Source: Marsupella aquatica | Taxonomy: Eukaryota; Plantae; Marchantiophyta | Assembly: GCA_973895155.1 (NCBI GenBank) | Contig: OZ316892.1 | Coordinates: forward strand, 7,175,251 to 7,239,250 | Length of the DNA: 64,000 nt | Direction of reading: 5' to 3' | Part shown: positions 23,159 to 35,700 of the stretch, piece by piece | How positions within the stretch are numbered: position 1 is the stretch's first letter | Layout of the letters: each line of letters begins with the position of its first letter | The notes under the pieces: model-generated | Database searches by the model: none | Seen by the model: only the letters and a program-made list of their open reading frames with translations | What the model was told of the DNA's origin: nothing | Made by a program: the position numbers and the translations under genes

Positions 23159-26100
23159 ATTCGCTGGAGAATTTGCTGCTGCAGTTCATGGTGCCGGACA
23201 ACAATGCAAGGAAGGCAGCGGAAGAGCAAATCCGGAAATTGGCTAGAGACATCCAAATCGTGCCCGCGCTGGTCCAGCTCGTGCGATCGGCGCAAAATCC
23301 AGCTGTGCGCCAGCTCGCTGCGGTCATTCTGAGAAAGAAGATCACAGGGCATTGGATGAGACTAGCTCCCGATGTCAAGAATTCGTCCAAAGCCGCTCTT
23401 CTGGAGAGCGTTACGTCAGACCCATCGTATGTGAAAATCCCCCTGCTCTCTCTCGTTTAGCTGCCTTGCGTTTAGGGTGAAGATCCGAGAACTTTGGTGA
23501 ATATTCCGTCACAAGTGTCGTCACCCTTCTATCTTGTCAACTAGGTGCGGGATTGGAGCATTTTGTGAGTTTGGTATCTATAAAATAGCTGCAGGATTTG
23601 TTCTCGTTTTCTAAGTATAAACTCATTCAATCGTTCAGAATGCAAGTACGTGAAAAATACGAAGAAGATCATTTGGCTGAGCGTACTAATCGAAAAGCTT
23701 TTTGAGATATCAAGCTTGTAAATTCATTCTCAATTTATTCATTTCTGGTTTTGAAAATTAAGTTTTCCCCTAACCAAATATCCAAATTTATTCTTCTCTC
23801 GATGAAACTTAAGTTGTCCGGCGTACAGTCACTGTACGTGGTTTGATCGCATTCCTAGCATAAAATTCTGTGGAGGAAAATTCTACTGTAATATTTCCTC
23901 GTCTCTGAGAGTGTGTGGCCAGTACTCCGTAAAATCTCCGCGTTTGAAGATCCGTTAGATTATCCAAATCCGCCAAATGTTTAAGCCTCCAGGCAGTTAA
24001 GCACTAAGAAAATGGATGATGCGTGTGTGCGTGAAAAGTACCACCAATGGCTGGCAATGTTCTCATTCAGTGGAGGACCATCGCTTGTTGCAATGTTGGT
24101 AGTCAGCCGGTACGGCGAGCAAGTGCGAACGTGGTCAGTGTCATAGCGAAGCATGCTGTGCCAAGTGGAGAATGGCCCGAGCTACTGCCTTTCTTATTCC
24201 AGTGTACCCAAAGTGCCCAGGAAGATCACAGAGAAGTGAGTTGTCTCTTGTATATTACCACTCATTCCTGCAAAGCACTTCGAGAGTCTGATGGATTATA
24301 GGAGTTTGCTGTAGTTCATTATGGATTCTAGAGACATTAACATCGACGTTCCCTTCAACTTTCTGATAATAGTGCATTATTCTGATTCTAGGTGTATGCC
24401 ACTCAAGGGGGACTTTTTATATGAAGTGTCCTTGCAGGTACACGTTAGATGGCCCAGAATACTTAGATGTGTTGTTGTCCGTTTTGACATGCCAGGTAGC
24501 CTTGATATTATTCAACTCCTTGACAGAGACAATCGGAGATGTAATGCGGCCACACTTTGGCACACTGCAATCTGTATTTATTAATGGCCTGAATGACCAG
24601 CATAGCAATCGAGTGAGAATTGCTGCTTTGAAGTAAGTCATGGAGGGTTTTTTTCAAGTTGTCGATGACCGTCGTGAACAATCATGAAAAACCTCGTTTT
24701 TAAAATTTTGCTATGTACTTCAACTTTCCTTACTCATGCTGTGCAATTAGGCAGATAGATGTCATTAGAATCGATAGAAGCAAATTAGCGTTTGATCTCT
24801 CAAATGTTGTCAGGAGGTTGTCCCTTTCGCTTACTTCTTTATTCAAGTGTGCTCCGCTGAAGTGTTTCCTGCACTGCCGTTGTGCATGACGCAGAGCAGT
24901 TGGTGCTCTTGTAGGTTATATCCAGTCTGAGGAAGAAGTTGTAAGTGTTCTGAATTGACTGAAAATCCTGTCAGACATTGTCCTCGATGCAATATTGTTG
25001 CGCAACATGCTCCAAGCTTTTGTTCAATTACGGTTTTGAGGGTAGCAAAAGGATTTAATTGCTCCAAATAGCAACTCTGTGTTGTGGTAGCCCAACGTTG
25101 AGTTGTTCATATCTTCTAAAGTTATGTTTAATTTCCCGTACTTCATTCTTTTAGCTGGTGTTTGTAGCACTTGTGAGATACGTCCATAGAGTAGATGTCT
25201 GTTTTGCCTTTCTTACCTTGTTGGAAAATTTACCTTGCCATCCCCACGCTTTGTCGCAGGTTATGTTTCGGGAACTTATTCCACCCATATTAAGTGTATC
25301 TCGACATTGTCTGGAAAGTGGTGACGAAGATGTGGCTGTTCTTGCATTTGAGATTTTTGATGAGCTAGTGGAATCACCTGCACCACTGCTTGGTCCAACC
25401 ATTCCTGTTATTGTGCACTTTGCTCTTGAGGTCTGCTCCAATAAATCATTGGAGTCCAATACACGTTATCAGGTACGGTCGAAACCAGTTAATCTCTCTG
25501 TGATTTGAGAGTTCGCTCTTAAGTTTTTTTAAAGTTTGTGGTTTATGTATGATTTGGGCAGAATTAGAGTACGAGAAGAGTCAATTTTAGTCATGCAGAA
25601 ATGCCCGTTCGGAATTGTTCTTATCCTTCTGTTTTGTTGTGCAGGCTATCCAGATCGTCTCGTGGCTGGCAAAATACAAACCCAAGACATTAGTGAGGCA
25701 CGAATTAGTCACTCCAATTCTCACTGTGATGTGTCCAATACTTGCTGAGCCTGATGCCAGACATAGTGAGTCTGATGTGTCCTCAGACCGTGCCGCTGCT
25801 GAAGTTTTGGACACTATAGCAATGAGCCTTCCTAAGAAGCATGTTTTCCCAACTGTCTTGGACTTCGCTGTGGCCAATTTAAAAAATCCTGACCACAATT
25901 GGCGAGAGGCTTCAGTGATGGCTTTGGGTGTGATATCTGAGGGCTGCTACGAGGTTATGAAGAGTCAACTGGAGGATGTTTTGAATTTGGTGTTGGAAGC
26001 ACTGAACGACAGTGAAAAGATGGTTAGGGGGGCGGCAAGTTTCGCCTTGGGCCAGTTCGCTGAACATCTCCAACCCGAGATTGTGGAGCACTACCAGAGG

Positions 26101-29100
26101 GTGTTGCCGTGTATCTTCAATGTCTTGAATGACTTCTCACCTGAAGTGCAAGTAAGTTTGATTCTGAATATGCATTTTGATACGAACAATTAGTCAAGCA
26201 AACTTTTGAGATGATGAATGCGACAGTACACATCGAGATATCCCGTCAGTCCAATACTAGTAGTCTAAACATTACCTTATAAGAGCTTTTGCACTTAGTA
26301 TCAAATGGCAAGCTCTCTGATAAAGACTTCTCAGTCCACGAAGAAGTAAAATATGTCGACCTGTGACGCACGATAACGATGTAGAAAAGCAGATATGCAG
26401 TTTTACCGAAGGCGTTATAGCACTTTTAAACACTCTTGTTCATCTGGTTGCCGTCTTCTGGATGAAGGCCATTCCATTTGCAAGTTTAACATAGTTGGTT
26501 AGAGAAAAGTTTATAGAGAAAAAGATTTCAGAAGTCATTATATATTTGAGAGATTGACTCGAGTCGGGATGGAATCGCTCCTCTTCTTAGTTTCTTCTCT
26601 TTGTTTTCTGCAGGAAAAGGCATACTATGCACTTGCTGCCTTCTGTGAAAATTTGAAAGAGGAGATTCTCCCATATCTGGGGCCCCTCATGGAAAAGTTA
26701 TTGGCAGCGTTGCAGAGCAGTCGTCGTGATCTTCAAGAAACCTGCATGGTACATAACGCACCCTTGTAAAAGGGCTTTGCTAGGAATCCCCTTTGATCTT
26801 CCCTCTCTCTCGCCAGTAATGATCCTTATTTTGAGATGGGCCTATATTCGCTCGTAGAAGCCTCCAGATGTTGATATTTTGAATAGTGGTGAGGGTGTAC
26901 AAGTTGAATACGCTGAGTATCTGCCAGATTTGGCACACTTGCTTATCTTCTTGTTCATTGACGGTGTTGAGCACGTCTGTTAGTTCTCCGTTTAATTGGG
27001 ATTACTCAGGATTATTTCAGCGTGACATTCACGGCGTGGTTTTTGTTTGCAGTCTGCAATCGGATCAGCGGCTGCTGCAGCCGAGTCAGCTTTTGTGCCC
27101 TATGTGGAGACTTTACTGAAAATGCTGCAACCGTTCATGCTCAGCACCAAAGATGAGGACCTTCCTATTCGAGCACGTGCAACGGAATTGGTTGGAATTG
27201 TTGGCATAGCAGTCGGGAGGCCTATCATTGAACCGGTGCTTCCATTTTTTATAGAGGCTGCTCTCAATGTACGTCCACCTCCTGTGCATGTCGTAACTTG
27301 TCTCCTGCATCTGTCCATCTCCCTGCATAGGAGCTTGCAATGACATCGCCAAATGACTAACTCCCACCTCCTTCACCATAAATCTGTCAGACAGCTGGAA
27401 ATTAATGATGAATCAATAGAGTTGTCCAGTAAACCAAAAATGGAGGCAGCCAGACTCGAACGAAAGTAGCATGGGATAAATATGTGTTTATTTTGTCTCT
27501 CTCGGAAGGTCGTTTGGTTGCAGAATTGTTGGTGGCCGTTGATATGTTCTGACTACCTTTGAGTATTTGGTGAATACTTGCAGGGATTTTCTTTAGATTT
27601 CAGTGAGTTGCGGGAATACTCTCATGGATTTTTTAGTAATGTTGCAGAAATTCTTGAAGAGAACGTGGCACCTGTGAGTTCCTATTCCACTCGTTGTAGG
27701 TCGAATTTACCAGCAATTGAATGTGCACAGGTAGCCATTTTGGACTGGTCGGATGTTCTGTTAGTTTGTTAAGCAATGGAAAAATTGGAATGGCAGATGC
27801 CAGTAATCTGTAGATAATTTGGTGAGATTGTTCCCACGCTGAAGAGTGAACTCGTTATTGGTGTCCGTAGTATCTCCCCCGGATGGTGCCGTTGGCTCTT
27901 GCGTCATGCAACTTGGATGATGGTACAGCAGTAGACTTTGATGATTCTTCTGATGATGGCGAAAATGAAGCCTCTGGATTGGGTGCCCTGTCATCTGATG
28001 ATGATGCTGATGGAGACAACAAACGACTTCGCAATATCAGCGTAAGGACAGGTGTACTCGACGAGAAAGCAGCTGCAACTCAGGCACTTGGACTTTTTGC
28101 TCTCCATACAAAGCAGGCCTACATGCCGTATCCTTCAGCATGCTGTACTTCTGCATTCATTCCTGCACAGGATGATACATTTCTTTACTTAGGGAGGACA
28201 AACTCGCTGTTCGGTTCGTGAGATTCACATTCACTACAACGCCTGACAAACTGTCATGCGGAAATTTTGGTCTCTGGCCGATGCCTGTCAATACACCCCG
28301 CATAATCATCGAATTGTCCGTGAAGCAGGTCAAGTCAGTTGCTGTCTAAAGACTCTGGTGACCTCAAGAGTCTCGTATGAGCTTGTGTTCCCTTGATTTG
28401 GGGGAATATGTCTTAGGAAAGCAAGGTGCTGTCATAGGAGGTTCTTTCTTGAAATATGGAACTTTGCTCCCTTGACAAAATTAATAGATTTTTGGAGGAG
28501 ACCCTCAAGGTTTTGAAGAAGCATGCAGGGTATTTTCACGAAGATGTGCGTCTACAAGCTATGATTGCGTTTCTGCGTAAGTGTACTTGATGTCCTCTCA
28601 TATTTATGCTCGCGCCGTGTACAAGTCCTCAACTAAACCTGACACCAAAACTGTTGTCGTCTACTTTTAAGCGCTTAAGTACTCAATGACAGCGATTGAC
28701 GTGCAGATGAGGGCACTCCGGGACCTTCTGGGGCAATTAGTGCACATGACTGAAGTATCACAGCCTGCTCTAGTGATTCTGTTGAAGTTTATGTTTTTGG
28801 CCCTCATGACGAGGTGCAGCGACGTGGAAAAGCAACAGTATCTATACTTATCTAGCAGTTGATAGTTAAGGACTGGAATCTGTGTACTGCATTTCACTGA
28901 TTTATAGAAATTTTCACCATGTAACTAGATGATCGATAAGTACAAGGAGGCAGTTTCAGAGACTCCAAAAAGTTAGTCAGCTTTTGGATATCGACCTCAG
29001 TTGTGTATGTCCTCAAAGGGATAGAGCATGCAAGGAACAGAAGTCTGATTTGTGAGCTGTTATTTCCCAGATATCTTGACCGCCACCCTGGCTGCTTTCC

Positions 29101-32019
29101 CAACCCGTGATAATGTAAGGTCTTCTGAACGGATTGATTTTCTTTTCTCCAGATGAAAGATAAGCTCTGATGATAGTTGTGTCGTGGCTACACATTAGCA
29201 GGATATTACTGGTATTGGTTCCAATGGCATGAATTTTCCTGACTTTACTTCTGTTTACTTTCTATCTGCAGCATATTTCCCCAGAGTCACAACACGTGCT
29301 CGGTAAGACATTGCTTTACCCATATATTTCGGTACATTTAGTCTTTGCTCCAAGCATTATACGTGAGTTGGTCATGCAAGAACTGATCCTCCCTGTTTTT
29401 AGCAGACCTTTTAATGGAGGCTTATTTGAGAGCCTTGAATGAGGATGACGACAAGGATGTTGTTGCACAAGTCTGCTCGTCATTAGTGGATGTGCTCAAG
29501 TTAGTGCCGTTTGAAGCTTTGCAGCAGTGTAAGTCACACAAAACCACGATTGTTGTTCTCGTTCGCTGTTGCTTAAGACAGCTGTTTGTGCATTAGGCAA
29601 TGTGTCTAGGGATGTGACGTTCCTAATTAACCTCAGTCTTATCTTACTTGTCATAACACGTTGGCATGTGTCAGATATCGTACCCCTCTCAATGGCAACT
29701 TTGACACTCCTTAAGCAGCAAGCTGTATGCCAGATGACAGACGAAAGTGACAGTGAGGGTGACGAGGAAGAAGGGGAACATGACGAGATATTGATGGATG
29801 CTGTCACTGACCTTCTGCCAGCCATGGGATCGTGCATGGGGCCTGCGTTTGAGCCGTATTTCCGGCAGTTCTTTGAGCCACTAATGAAGTTCACGGTGGG
29901 TGGTTCCGTTCTTCTTGAGACGGTATCTTGGTCTTGGTTGTACTGGCAAGATTGGGTTTCTCTGATAACAAAATGAGTGACTTCTAGAGTTTTTACGGAC
30001 AACTGAGAAATACCGATTCGTTAGTCTCATCCATGACTAATCAATGCAAGTTTCCTATAAGTTTGTAGCATGAGTTCTTTTTGGCACTTTCTGCAAGCGT
30101 ATCTTGCTCCCGTTCTGATGGCGTCGTAGACCATACTGTGGTATTTTCATCTTCATGATAAGATTCCAATGCTGATGCATCGATTGACATCCATTCCGTG
30201 GCAGCTACAAGTCACATTAGTAGCCAAGGTTGGCATGTAGCTTTCGTGGGCTCGGATAAGCAATGCTAGTCGAAGTGTTTGTTATCCCTTAATTTTAAAG
30301 TTAACTGCTGATCAGAATTTGTGACTTTGTTGTTCCAGGGCCACTCCAAGCCGCCCAGTGACAGGACAATGGCAATTGCTTGTGTAGCGGAGGTAGCCAA
30401 CAAGATAGGTTCTGTAATTGTGCCCTACATTGATGTAAGTGAGAAAGAACGTTTCAATCTTTGTCGTCACTAAAATTGCGAGCACCCGAATTATTTAGGT
30501 ACACATGAGTAGTCTTTACATCTTTCTGGCTGATATGGTGAAGCTGATGTAGTGGAGAATGACGCTGCTCCCTTTCTGGAACTCTTCAGGAATTAAGTCC
30601 TTGGTAGAGGATGCATGTTATGGTTCAGACGCACCCTGATTTTGTGGGTGCATGCATTGTGTGAATCACAGGTAGTAATGCCAGTTGCCCTGAAAGAGTT
30701 GGGATCTCCAGAACCAACAAATCGTCGCAATGCAGCTTATTGTGTGGGTGAACTCTGCAAGCATGGTGGAGGAAATGTTTTGCCGTATCCTTACTGACAT
30801 ATGCCACCTTAGACTATGGTCTAATTATACCGTGTCCTTGGTTTTTGGGCATCTAGGGCGTTGGTCTATTTCTAGGAGTCTTATTTGCGGATGCGACATA
30901 AGTCCCATCATACAATACCTAATCGAGTTGACAAGTTCTTTGGTCGTTTCACACATGGTACAGCAATACAAACCTTACAGTGTCTAAGTTCGTGTTTAGT
31001 GTACAGGTGAAAGCCAAGCCAGTCTGTCTCAATGGGTTTTGCGTTCGGATGGATTTTGAACTATCGGTTGCTAAGCTTAATATAAGCGACAGGTACTATC
31101 AAAATATCCTAGTAGGGATGTATCCTCTTTTCGCGGAAAGTGAGACAGATAACGGAGTCAGGGACAATGCTGCGGGTGCGGTGGCTCGAATGATAAGTGC
31201 GCATCCTAAGGCTATTCCATTAAATCAGGTAATTTTTTCTCAGCGGATGTTGAGCCGTTTCAGGCCCTGTCAAAGCATGTCTTCTCTATTTTTCATGGTG
31301 TTATTGATAAGCAGATAATGACCTCTGTTCTTTGACATGGGATGTAGTAGCGTTAACAGATCTTTGAGATCTCTTTACGTCTCTGCGCATTCTCCTTTGT
31401 GGGTTCATGTTATTTTTCGAATTTCAAGTACATTTGTCCAATTTTGACATCATGAGAGTTGTCCTTGTTGTAAGACACAATCTTAATTTTTTTTTTTGGA
31501 TAGGTTCTACCTGTCTTCATCCGAAGTCTGCCCTTGAAAGAAGATATTGAAGAATCTGCAAGTGTTTATGGTTGCTTATGCGATTTGATTTTCACCTCTC
31601 AGCAAGATGTAAGTGCAAGCTGTGGACCGATGAGATAAGTTTGTTTGTGCTACCCATTTTTCTTTTTCCATTTGACGTCACAGTACTTAGAGCTGAGGAA
31701 TTTGAAGTGTATGAAATACTTTCGTATGCGGCAGTTATTGTAGGTTTCCTCTACTAGTTCGTTGCCATTCGTAGGTAGATACTTTTTTAATTAGAGGAAA
31801 GTGGGTTGTTCTCTGCAGATTCTTCCATTTGTTCGAGACCTAGTACCAGTTTTTGCACAAGCAGTAGCCTCAGAAGAGGTAAAATCTGAGGTAAAGTCAG
31901 TCATAGGACGTGCTGTTTCCCAGCTATGGAATCAGTACATGGAGGAAATGCAACCTCTGCTGGCTGCTTTACCACCGCAGGAAGCCAATTTGCTGGGCTC
32001 TGTCATGCATCAAGTCTAA
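23155..32019 (+). CDS. IPO4: Importin-4 (importin-beta/karyopherin family, HEAT repeats; Arabidopsis IMB4-like), ~20 exons
   Basis: MNSLENLLLQFMVPDNNARKAAEEQIRKLARD...VRQLAAVILRKKITGHW (IBN_N domain)...VRRASANVVSVIAKHAVPSGEWPELLPFLFQC...WREASVMALGVISEGC...VRGAASFALGQFAEHLQPEI...EKAYYALAAFCE...NISVRTGVLDEKAAATQALGLFA...YFHEDVRLQA...HDEILMDAVTDLLPA...NRRNAAYCVGELCKHGG...VRDNAAGAVARMI...LPLKEDIEE...VMHQV*. Exon phases are consistent, including small exons at ~29071-29114 and ~29272-29302. Confidence 0.95.
28128..28487 (+). other. U12-type GT-AG intron in importin-4
   Basis: Donor ATGCC|GTATCCTTC, branch TCCCTTGAC at ~28468-28476, acceptor AATAG|ATTTTTG with no polypyrimidine tract. Splicing gives AYMP-FLEETLK. 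Confidence 0.88.
30785..31092 (+). other. Second U12-type GT-AG intron in importin-4
   Basis: Donor TTGCC|GTATCCTTA, weaker branch-like GCTTAAT at ~31075-31081, acceptor GACAG|GTACTAT with no polypyrimidine tract. Splicing gives NVLP-YYQNIL. Confidence 0.8.
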
Positions 32020-32773
32020 ACTTTTTGTAAAATTAGACCTTCTCGTTCTTGAAATTGAAGAATATAAGCAGGTGTGACGTCCTGTGCACGGCCTTACTTC
32101 TCGTGCAACCACAGCAGTCATAAGTTATTGATAACCACCATATGTCTGCAACGGAGGCTACTGGACTTTGTGCTTATGGTCAATTTGGCCATTGGTCATA
32201 TTAGAACTAAGATAGTTGAGGACAAGGGAAGCTGTTGGTACACAACTGGAACATCTCCACACAGTCAAGGTAACACTACCTATCGATTATATTATGCTAC
32301 TTCTCCTTGGAAAGACTACTTGGAAGCCTATAACCTGTCAACAGCTAATTTTTGCCGTTTGGAAGAGAATTTGGATTGGCAAAGTTTTTTTAGAAATAGA
32401 ATCCTCGTACTCATCATAATATTTTTGTTTAGATGCAGGAGTGGCTATTTCCGTGAAGCGGCAAAATGCAGGTATCTTTGTGGAAATTCTTCAAATTTTG
32501 GTAAATTTTTATCAGTGAGCGTTACAGTATGAATAGTGAATTGTACGGATTACGGTTTGTAACCCACAGCAGTACCGGTCAAAGCATTCCTTTTTTTGTG
32601 TTCTAAATACCCACCAGTGTACAAAATCAACTACAATTTGGAAATTCGATTATTAAATCATGACTTTCATCTGCTTGTTGGCACTCGCTGTTTACTTAAT
32701 GCAGCAGTCTGAGGGTTGTGAGATATTCAAGAGGGGACGCTATTTCCATTCAGTTGGAGGGACTGCTGATGGA

Positions 32774-35700
32774 TTAAAAGTATCTAATTTTGGGATGAAG
32801 CGCATGCCTCTTGGTCCGAAGCGCAAACACCTGTTGTAATTCTGATTATCTACTATATCATCCAAGCACTTTTTCTACAACGAAAACGTGAGTGGATTAG
32901 AATTATGTGCATCAGGTGTAATTGTAAGATCAATCAAAGATTTCACGTCAAGTTTTTCTCTATATTCTGATTCAAGAGGCAAGAGAAGCATTTTAATACC
33001 AATCTAGATGCAAGGCCAAACGAGAACTTGAACACTGTCTTATTTGCTTCAGTCAGGAAGCTAGGGGAAGGTACCTTGAATTGTTCCCACCGACAGTTTT
33101 TCAGGTACTGCTTATAGATTTGTTCCTCTTTTCTGTAGTCCTGTTCATAAAGGTAACACCAGTATCAACTCCCACTGGGGGTGAATCTAACTGTGGAATG
33201 CCGAAACCAAGTCAAGCGTGCTGAGAGTCCAATCTACGTTCTTCAAGGTTAAGGGTCAAAAGTGTGTGACTAAAAATGACAACTTGGACCATACCACCAT
33301 CGAAGAGTAACTGAAGTGTTCAGATGCCTTGCACTACATGACACGATGAGATCAGCAGTCACGGTGAACGATCCATACTAGTGCTACATTTTGAGGTGGG
33401 AGTGCAAGTTTAAATCTAAGGAATTTCACAGCAACTGACGGGGTTTGACACCTGATCTTTGACTTTAGAACACATAATTACAATATTAGCTAATAACATC
33501 GTTACCTGCTTGAATGGAATCTAATTTCTGGTAATCAAGGGAACCTTGCTGTAGTAGTTGGGCGACCTTACCTCTGACAATGAGGTCCCAAGAGTGACAG
33601 AGCGGGAAGAATGTGTCTTACATTTTCAGCAAGAGCTGCAATGATGTCCCTATCGCAATGTCTGTGGAAGTCCCACATATTGAGAACTAACACCTCCACT
33701 GGGCATATACTGACGATGCTCACCGCTCGTCGAGATTTTTTCAGCAGACCTCTCTGTAACCATGAGATGCTTTATCGGAATCTTATTGCCTTTGGTTTAC
33801 GCAACTAATGGCTCAAGTCACAAATATCTAATAGTGCCTTCTAGCACCCTTTCCGACGGAACTTTGCTTCCATAAACTTATTAAGCTCAGTGCCAACGAA
33901 TGTTTTAGAGAGACTTTCTGGCTTCTTGTCATCGACTTGGAGGACGATAAGATAAACTCACCAGCTTTATCACGAAAGCCAAAGCCAGCAGCAGATTATT
34001 GAGCTCTGCCTTCAAATTATCGTGACATTTTATGGATATTAAAAGAAAGACAGGAAAGCCATCAGAATGACTATAGCTACGCACCTCCCCAAAGTAATCT
34101 CCTGCCTGAAGTGCACCGATATCCAAAATCATTGTGTCCTGCATGTCCAGGATGATCAAGATGTGACAACTTGGCCTCGTGAGATGGTACATCAAAGTAG
34201 ATTCGCGCATAGTCTTGAGATAACAATTGCTTTTAGCCCGTTCATAAACTTATAACAAGTCAGACGTATGGACGTACGCTCCATCCATTGGAAGAAATAC
34301 GTGAAGAAACGAAGAAAATTGGCATCTGACTTGGAGCAAATAAGCCAGTATTTTGGAGACTAACTTTCTACACTCAAGGGTCATGATCAATCTTTTTCTG
34401 TTCCATGATGCCCTGTTGGATTGCTAAACAATGTCAACAACGTTCTAAGGCAGAGGCACTCTGAGTTGGAAAATCCACGCATTGTAGGAAACACAAGTGC
34501 TTCCAGAAGCGAACATAACTGAAATGTTTAAACAGCAAATATAGAAAGCGAGGATTTGTCACCTTCATGGTCTTCCTATTTTTACTTGCAGGACCTGAAC
34601 CTTGCTCAAGTCTAAGAATATGGTCCTTTGGTGCCCCTTTGATAAAACTCGGGCTCTCTTGCTGGTTATCGAAAACATTGAACCCAAACAGGTCCCTCTC
34701 ACGATCAAGCACCCTCCTGGCCCATTTCTGAAACTTATTTCGATAGTATTTCACGTCTTCAGTAAAACCACTTTTCATTGCCCCTTGGCTCATTCCCATA
34801 TGCCACAATGCATGATCCTTCCCGGAAAAGTCGATATCTTTTACCTCCCTGTCCTTGGCTTCTACCTCACTTAGAAAGGTATCCAAAGTGTACTTTGGGG
34901 GTTGAATCCAATAAGATGACCTTCGTCTCCTAGCCAAGGCAGCAATCCGCTGTCGATCTTTCTCGTCGGCCTCTTCCTTTGCAGAGTTTGAAAGCATTTT
35001 CACATGACTATCTTCTTTCATGATTGCCACTACTTTTGGTGAGGCAGTAACGAATGTAGGACTATTTGTCTTGTTCTTGTCGTCTCCTCCTAGCAATCCT
35101 TGCTCTTTCATAATTAGAAGTGAATCCCTGGGAAAGGGCACATCCTTACCATTTTTTCCTCTAGCAGACACAGGTGCAGACCAAGGCCTTATGGATTTAG
35201 ACTTTGCGTTAGGACTATCCAAGAGGCTGTGACCCTTGCTTCCATGGTTGTGACTTTCGTTCGCTTTTTGGGCCCTTGAATGCCCCACAGCAAGTTCATG
35301 CATCAAGTCAGGACTATCTAACAACACATCTGGCAACCCCGTTGGTATCCTCAGATGAGAGGCACTTCGTTTAGAAGGTCTTGAAATTAGTGAAGGCCTT
35401 CCGTAATCCTTTTCTCTCAGCAGGACTTCTCGTTTGCATTTGTGATGGATTGTACGGCTGCTCATGAAGACAGTTGAAGGAAGGTTAGGCCATTAGTAAG
35501 TGCCAAACTATTAACATACGACTTCTTCATGGTTTGAAGATAACTTTGACACTGGAAATCACTAGATACAACTGTAAAGGGGCAAAAGCATGACTAGACA
35601 AGATTAATAAGAGAAATGCTTTTTCTGTATTTCCTGGTAAGCCTGAGGGGGATTTGAAACAGCTAACGTTTTCAATGCGACAAAACTGGTGGCTTACTTG

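Noticed and set aside
22515-23390. 291-aa and overlapping minus-strand ORFs with SLSLSL/THTH runs
   Set aside because: They are translations of microsatellites, antisense to importin-4 exon 1.
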